Source of the DNA: an uncultured bacterium
Lineage (GTDB): Bacteria > Patescibacteriota > Dojkabacteria > J137
NCBI GenBank assembly: GCA_963700155.1
Contig: OY969472.1
Location: forward strand, 1,064,690 to 1,128,689
Direction of reading: 5' to 3'
Length of the DNA: 64,000 nucleotides
The notes below the pieces were generated by a model. That model ran no database searches, had not been told where the DNA came from, and saw only the letters and a list, made by a program, of their open reading frames with translations. Both the position numbers and the translations under genes were made by a program. Shown here piece by piece: positions 58,527-64,000 of this stretch. Every line of letters begins with the position of its first letter. The first letter of the stretch is position 1.

Positions 58527-58889
58527 ATGAATGATACTCTAGAAAATTTAAATGAAAAATTCAATATTATTTCGGAAATTGAAGAAGTTGAGAATGAATA
58601 TAAACTATTACCTAAAAAATTCCAAACGTTGCCTATGAGTGAACATGTTGTATCCACTGTCATTGCTACCTTATTACAGAAAGTTAATAGATCTTATCCC
58701 GGAAGTATAAAAATTACTCCCGAAGAAGCAAAACTGCTACTAGAAGAACTTAGAGAGACAATAAAGAAGAGATATGGTTATGATGAAGAAACTTTGTCTA
58801 ATAAAATCAGAAAGGCATTTTTAGTTGCGGATAACAATTTAGAAACAGAGTGGCCTGAACTAGGGAAGACTTCAGAAGGATTAGAATAA
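58527..58889 (+). CDS. Hypothetical protein
   Basis: 120-aa ORF. Confidence 0.6.
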   Translation: MNDTLENLNEKFNIISEIEEVENEYKLLPKKFQTLPMSEHVVSTVIATLLQKVNRSYPGSIKITPEEAKLLLEELRETIKKRYGYDEETLSNKIRKAFLVADNNLETEWPELGKTSEGLE

Positions 58890-58891
58890 AT

Positions 58892-59995
58892 TTATCCGTG
58901 TCTAAATATAGTCACATCTCCATCTTGAAAAACATACTCTTTTCCTTCTAGCCTAACTTTTCCTTTATTTTTAACGTCATTCCAGCTGCCGGCACTTATA
59001 AAATCATCATAAGTGCATACTTCTGCTGCAATAAACTTCTTTTCAAAATCAGTGTGGATTGTGCCGGCAGCCTCAGGAGCTTTGGCACCCTTATGTATTG
59101 TCCATGCCCTAACTTCTTCAGGACCTTCAGTAAAGAATGAAATTAATCCTAATAAATTATATGCCTCTCTTGTTAATCGATTTAGTCCAGTTTCTTCAAT
59201 ACCTAATTCTTGCATAAATTCAGATCTTTCTTCATCATTCATAGAAGCAAGATCAGAATCTGTTTTTACATCCATCAAAATCATTGGTTTTCCTTTGATT
59301 GCCTCTTTGATTGCTTTGACTCTTTCTGAATTTTCATTTTCTTCAGTATTTACAAGATAAATTACTGGTTTGTCTGTTAAGAGAAATAATTCTCTTCTAG
59401 CTTCCTTAAGTAATTTATCTTTGGACATATCACTATAATCTAGGGTGTCTGGTTTATAATCAATTCCCAATTTACCTGATTCAAGATGGTTCATTAATTC
59501 TTTTAAGAATAGAACTTGTTCAGAGATATCTTTATCAAACCTTGCTTTAGCTTCTAATGCGGCAATTCGGTTTTGTATAGTTTCTAAATCTTTTAAAATT
59601 AATTCAGTATTTATTAATTCAATATCTCTAACTGGATTGATAGAATTTTCAACATGTGTGATATTACTGTTATCAAAAGCTCTAACTAGATGAATAATTG
59701 CAGAAACTTCTTTAATATTAGATAAAAATTTATTTCCTAAACCTTCTCCTTGTGCTGCTCCTTTTATTAAACCGGCAATATCTACAAATTCGACAACTGC
59801 TGGAGTAGTTTTAACTGGTTTTGCTATATCCGAAATTTTAAAAAGTCTTGAGTCAACTACTGGAACAACACCATAGTTAGGATCAATTGTCGTAAATGGG
59901 TAATTTTCAGCTGGAATACTTTGTTTTGTTAAAGCATTAAAAAGAGAAGATTTACCTACATTTGGTAATCCAACTATTCCAAGTGATAAATTCAT
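58892..59995 (-). CDS. ychF: Ribosome-binding ATPase YchF
   Basis: GLPNVGKS, ENYPFTTIDPN, DIAGL, GEGLGNKFL, EVRAWT, TGS domain. Confidence 0.97.
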   Translation of the reverse strand: MNLSLGIVGLPNVGKSSLFNALTKQSIPAENYPFTTIDPNYGVVPVVDSRLFKISDIAKPVKTTPAVVEFVDIAGLIKGAAQGEGLGNKFLSNIKEVSAIIHLVRAFDNSNITHVENSINPVRDIELINTELILKDLETIQNRIAALEAKARFDKDISEQVLFLKELMNHLESGKLGIDYKPDTLDYSDMSKDKLLKEARRELFLLTDKPVIYLVNTEENENSERVKAIKEAIKGKPMILMDVKTDSDLASMNDEERSEFMQELGIEETGLNRLTREAYNLLGLISFFTEGPEEVRAWTIHKGAKAPEAAGTIHTDFEKKFIAAEVCTYDDFISAGSWNDVKNKGKVRLEGKEYVFQDGDVTIFRHG

Positions 59996-60111
59996 TTATT
60001 CTTTGTAAAAGATTATCTGTTGGTATTATACCATTTATGTTAATAAATCTCTTTTTTTGGATTCTAAAATAATATGTTAAGATAAAATATTAAATATTAA
60101 ATGCTACATTT

Positions 60112-60387
60112 ATGAATAAGCCTAATAATGATTTAGAAAAAGATTTAAGTGAATTATCTCCATTACTAGATGGGATTTTTAATAAATTATATTCTATTTA
60201 TACTCCGTTAGAAGGTACCTATTATTTCGTAGATGATTTTATTAAACATACAGAAGAAGCTGGAATATCTATAGAGGATTTAATTATTTGGTTAAATTAT
60301 AGAATGAATACAACTCAAGAACCTATCTTGTTTAGAATAATTTTAAAATATGTACAAGAAAAGAAATCTTTGGAGAAAGAAGCTTAA
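60112..60387 (+). CDS. Hypothetical protein
   Basis: 91-aa ORF. Confidence 0.5.
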   Translation: MNKPNNDLEKDLSELSPLLDGIFNKLYSIYTPLEGTYYFVDDFIKHTEEAGISIEDLIIWLNYRMNTTQEPILFRIILKYVQEKKSLEKEA

Positions 60388-60446
60388 TCAATATCAATTT
60401 AATCTTTATTTAGTTTAATTTTATTTAAATTTTAAGGACTTTAATT

Positions 60447-60776
60447 ATGGATCTAAATAAAAAACATTGTGTCCCATGTGAAGGTGGAGTCGATCCTTTT
60501 GATAAAGAAAAAATAAATCGATATCTAAATTATCTTGGAGAGAAATGGGAGGTTATTGATAATAAAAAGATAAAGTATACTTTTGAATTTGAAAGTTTCA
60601 GAGATGGTATCAATTTTGTAGATAAAATAGCCGATATTGCAGAAGAAGAAGGACATCATCCAGACATTTGTATTAACTATAAGAAAGTTACAATTGAATT
60701 AATGACTCATGCAATTGATGGTTTATCTGAGAATGATTTTATACTTGCAACGAAAATTGAGTTACTAATTACTTAA
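60447..60776 (+). CDS. Pterin-4-alpha-carbinolamine dehydratase family protein
   Basis: CVPCEGG, AEEEGHHPDI, THAIDGLSENDFILA. Confidence 0.93.
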   Translation: MDLNKKHCVPCEGGVDPFDKEKINRYLNYLGEKWEVIDNKKIKYTFEFESFRDGINFVDKIADIAEEEGHHPDICINYKKVTIELMTHAIDGLSENDFILATKIELLIT

Positions 60777-61124
60777 TTAGCTCAAATCTATAAGTTTTGC
60801 TTTGATATTAGCAATAGTTTTTTCTTCATCTGATGTTAATGTTGTTTTTGTACCAATAGTATCGAGATATTCTTCTAGGTTTAATGCAACAGGTCTCTCT
60901 TCCTGAGTAAAAACACTCACTAATTTCCCTGTTTTATCATCCATCCTTACTTTTAAATTATTTCGCTTTACATCTGCCATAATAATTTCAAGTAAAATAT
61001 CATACAAATTTGATGGAAGATATTCGTTTACATAGTTTAATTTATCGGAGAAAGCTTCAATACTTTCTTGAAATGCTTTCTCTCTTTGTTCTTTCCACGG
61101 ATCATTCTTTTGGTCATTATTCAT
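60777..61124 (-). CDS. Hypothetical protein
   Basis: Likely start MNNDQK at 61124. Confidence 0.55.
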   Translation of the reverse strand: MNNDQKNDPWKEQREKAFQESIEAFSDKLNYVNEYLPSNLYDILLEIIMADVKRNNLKVRMDDKTGKLVSVFTQEERPVALNLEEYLDTIGTKTTLTSDEEKTIANIKAKLIDLS

Positions 61125-61202
61125 AAGTAATATATTTAAATATAATATCAATAATATATCAAACCAGTTTAACTTCTTCAACTTATAACTCTATTTAATT
61201 TA

Positions 61203-61264
61203 CAATATATAGAAAGCACGTTTATTACACTAAAATGTGCACAATTGGTGCTTTCTATATATTG
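61203..61264. repeat. Perfect 17-bp inverted repeat with a 28-nt spacer
   Basis: CAATATATAGAAAGCAC 61203-61219 / GTGCTTTCTATATATTG 61248-61264. Confidence 0.85.
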
Positions 61265-61284
61265 AGAAAATTAATGTTGGTTCA

Positions 61285-63819
61285 TTAATTTATGATACTT
61301 TTTAGATTTTTCAGTCTTTCAACTTCTTCAGCTAGAATTTGAATATATAAAGCATATCCGATAGTTGAGATGTAACCGCTTTGTTCTTCACCTAAAAGAT
61401 TCCCAGCTCCTCGTATTTCTAAATCTCTACTAGCAATCCTAAATCCTGCTCCCAAATCTTGATTATCTACAAGAGTTTGCAGTCTATCTATGTATTTTTT
61501 CTGAATTATTTTACCTTCTTTATTATCAACAAAATCAACTGAGGATTTCCTAGGAGATATTAAATAACAATATCCACTTTTTGTTGATCTACCAACTCTC
61601 CCTCTTAATTGGTATAGTTGAGAAAGTCCAAATCTTTGAGAATTATTAATTATGATTGTGTTTACATTTGGGAGGTCAAGTCCATTTTCTATAATTGTTG
61701 AACAAATTAAACAATCGTACTTTCCTTTATAGAATTCTGTCATAACTTTATCAAGCTCATCACTTCTCATTTGACCATGAGCAATAGTAAATCGAATTCC
61801 TGGCATTAAATTATTTAATTTCAACTTCATTTGATTTATTGACTGAACTTCATTATGAAGAAAATAGACTTGACCTCCCCTTTTGACCTCAAAGTTAATA
61901 GCTTCAGTTATTTTATTATAATCTTCATGGATAATTTCAGTATGAATAGGTTTTCGTTCTTTTGGTGGCTGACTAATAATAGAAATATCCTGAATTGATG
62001 ATAAAGCCATACTTAAGGTTCTAGGTATTGGAGTTGCACTTACTGATAATAAATGTACACCATAATTTAATTGCTTAATTTTTTCCTTTTGTTTAACTCC
62101 AAAACGTTGTTCTTCATCAACAACAACTAGTTGTAAATTCTTAAATTTAACATCAGAACTTAACAATCTATGAGTACCAATAACAATATCAACGATACCA
62201 TTATTTACATCTTCAATAATTTTTTTATTTTTCTCTGTGGAATTAAACCTAGAAAGATATTCTATTCTAAAGGGGAAGCTTTTAAACCTTTCTTCGAAAA
62301 CTGCATAGTGTTGAGCTGTAAGTATTGTAGTAGGTGAAAGTACTGCCACTTGACCTCCATCTTCAACTATTTTAAATGCAGCTCTCATAAATACTTCAGT
62401 TTTACCAAATCCAACATCTCCAACTAATAAACGATTCATGGGTTTATCTTTTGTTAAATCAGACAATACTTCATTAATAGAATTCAATTGATCTTCAGTT
62501 TCAATATATTTAAATTCATCGACAAATTGTTTATAGTCTTTAGTATCAGAATTTGAGACAGGATTTGCTTCAGAGATTTCTCTTTTAGCAAAGTGTTCAA
62601 TAAGGTCGCGAGCCAAGAGTTCTGTAGATTTCTTTATTTTTGACTTTAAATGTTCCCATGATACTTTACCCAGTCGTGTAATTCTTGGCTCGCGACCTTC
62701 GGTACCAATGTATTTAGTTATCTTTTCAATTTGGTGAATTGGGACAAATAATTCATCATCGTCTGCATACTTGATTGATAAGTATTCTAATGATTCATTA
62801 TTAACTATCTCTTGTTTTAATCCTGAATAAATTCCAATCCCGTAGTCTTCGTGAACTACATAATCTCCAATTTGAATACTACCTTCGAATTGTTTTAGTA
62901 GTTTTTTTAAATTTGAAGTAACCTTTTTAATTCTTTCTGGTCTTGTTAAGTAAATTGCTCCAAATAATTCTCTATCTGTAAAAATTGCTATTTTTAATTT
63001 CTCAGAGATAAATCCAGCATCAAGGTGTTTTGAATTTAAGTTTCTAACAAATGATTTTGAAACAAAATCATATATTTTTACTTTTGCAATAGTCTTATTT
63101 GTGTATCCCTTAAGAAGTTTAAAGAGATCATTCTTATTTTTTGTTTTTATTAAAATTTGATAATTATTTCTTTCTAAAGATTGAATTTCTTTTTCTAGTA
63201 AAGCAAAATTGTGGTAGAAAAGATGAGGATATTGGAAATCAGAATTAATAAGCTTAATAGTATTACTCTCTTTAAGATCGTTTATTGAATTTACGAATAT
63301 ATATTTTGAAAATGATTTTGAAATATTAATTTCTGCAGAAATTTTTATACTATCCTGTTCGAGCTTTTCATCAAGAATATAGTTACTTAAATAAAGTTGA
63401 TTCAAGTATTTTATTCTTCTGTTATATAACTCGTCATAAGAGTATATTTTTTCAAGATCATTACCAAAGAATTCTAATCGTATTGGATGATCATAACCTA
63501 TTGGCCAGAACGAGATAGTGTCTCCTTTTATACTAAATTGAAGTTTTTCAGTAATTTCATTTACTTTCTCATAACTTAATGAGTTGTTGCTTAAATTGTC
63601 ATCTACTTTTAAAGTTGCAGAATTTAAATTGCTACTTGAACTTAGGTAATTAGCGATTTTTTGAAAAGTTATTTCCTTCAAAGTCCATATTTGCAAACTT
63701 TCAAAAAATCTTATTATGCTATCTGAGTAAATGTCTGAGTATACGAAAGCCTCCTCTTTTGAAATAAAGAGGGGTATTAAGTGAGGTAATGTTTTTATAA
63801 TTTGTATCTTTGAAGACAC
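61285..63819 (-). CDS. mfd: Transcription-repair coupling factor, shortened
   Basis: RID GDYVVHEDYGIG, GDVGFGKT, DEEQRFG, SATPIPR, QLRGRVGR, RDLEIRGAGNLLG. Confidence 0.93.
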   Translation of the reverse strand: MSSKIQIIKTLPHLIPLFISKEEAFVYSDIYSDSIIRFFESLQIWTLKEITFQKIANYLSSSSNLNSATLKVDDNLSNNSLSYEKVNEITEKLQFSIKGDTISFWPIGYDHPIRLEFFGNDLEKIYSYDELYNRRIKYLNQLYLSNYILDEKLEQDSIKISAEINISKSFSKYIFVNSINDLKESNTIKLINSDFQYPHLFYHNFALLEKEIQSLERNNYQILIKTKNKNDLFKLLKGYTNKTIAKVKIYDFVSKSFVRNLNSKHLDAGFISEKLKIAIFTDRELFGAIYLTRPERIKKVTSNLKKLLKQFEGSIQIGDYVVHEDYGIGIYSGLKQEIVNNESLEYLSIKYADDDELFVPIHQIEKITKYIGTEGREPRITRLGKVSWEHLKSKIKKSTELLARDLIEHFAKREISEANPVSNSDTKDYKQFVDEFKYIETEDQLNSINEVLSDLTKDKPMNRLLVGDVGFGKTEVFMRAAFKIVEDGGQVAVLSPTTILTAQHYAVFEERFKSFPFRIEYLSRFNSTEKNKKIIEDVNNGIVDIVIGTHRLLSSDVKFKNLQLVVVDEEQRFGVKQKEKIKQLNYGVHLLSVSATPIPRTLSMALSSIQDISIISQPPKERKPIHTEIIHEDYNKITEAINFEVKRGGQVYFLHNEVQSINQMKLKLNNLMPGIRFTIAHGQMRSDELDKVMTEFYKGKYDCLICSTIIENGLDLPNVNTIIINNSQRFGLSQLYQLRGRVGRSTKSGYCYLISPRKSSVDFVDNKEGKIIQKKYIDRLQTLVDNQDLGAGFRIASRDLEIRGAGNLLGEEQSGYISTIGYALYIQILAEEVERLKNLKSIIN

Positions 63820-63917
63820 GAACGCATTATACCAGAACTGATAAGAATATTGCAGCTTAAAATTGACTTTATTTTATTAACTTTGTAAACTCCAATATTT
63901 AAAAATTTTTAATCAAA

Positions 63918-64000
63918 ATGGCATTCAATAAATTTAAGAGTATAGTTTCCCAAAATAATTTACTAGAAATTGATGATGAAAAAGCTTTAGTAAAATTTAT
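63918..64000 (+). CDS. Start of a probable CDS truncated by the window end
   Basis: ATG GCA TTC AAT... open to the window end. Confidence 0.4.
   Translation, partial: MAFNKFKSIVSQNNLLEIDDEKALVKF

Noticed and set aside
6472-59360. Short ORFs nested in or antisense to recognised genes (e.g. 6472, 8340, 19929, 20468, 25917, 27976, 29178, 39385, 47807, 58002, 59013)
   Set aside because: Shadows of well-supported CDSs with no motifs of their own
1-64000. CRISPR array, prophage, IS element or tRNA-anchored island
   Set aside because: No spaced direct repeats, transposase, integrase, phage structural gene or duplicated tRNA 3' end was noticed
1-64000. Genetic code 25 (TGA=Gly) as in Gracilibacteria/Absconditabacteria
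   Set aside because: Long conserved genes have no in-frame TGA, and TGA ends genes such as murG and the MGMT gene at their expected C-termini

Overview
AT-rich (roughly 27% GC by eye) bacterial chromosomal window using genetic code 11 (TGA is a stop). Gene content fits a reduced CPR/Patescibacteria-type genome; a Dojkabacteria-like lineage is only a guess. Recognisable genes include lysS, serS, alpha2-type glyQS, miaA, mnmA, ssb, rnhA, murG, tag, ychF, ppa, zwf, gnd, mfd, a VirB4-like ATPase, a UvrD-nuclease fusion and four tRNAs without encoded CCA, interspersed with many ORFans. No CRISPR array, transposase or integrase was seen. The strongest finding is a very small transcriptional Gly T-box (27795-27930). 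It has a 36-nt K-turn Stem I with GGC in the apical loop, no distal T-loop module and no Stem II. It sits upstream of an NDT/DUF4406-like gene and glyQS, and its cognate tRNA-Gly(GCC) is in the window. Other notable items: a stand-alone C-terminal half of UvrB with its own leaderless promoter, a 52%-GC island with micro-ORFs, a 132-nt candidate ncRNA, a pyrophosphatase with a metallothionein-like tail, and intact but motif-degenerate PGK, SecD/SecF, Fic and HD proteins. Leaderless promoter geometry recurs across the window. All family calls come from motif recognition by eye; no searches or folding programs were run.
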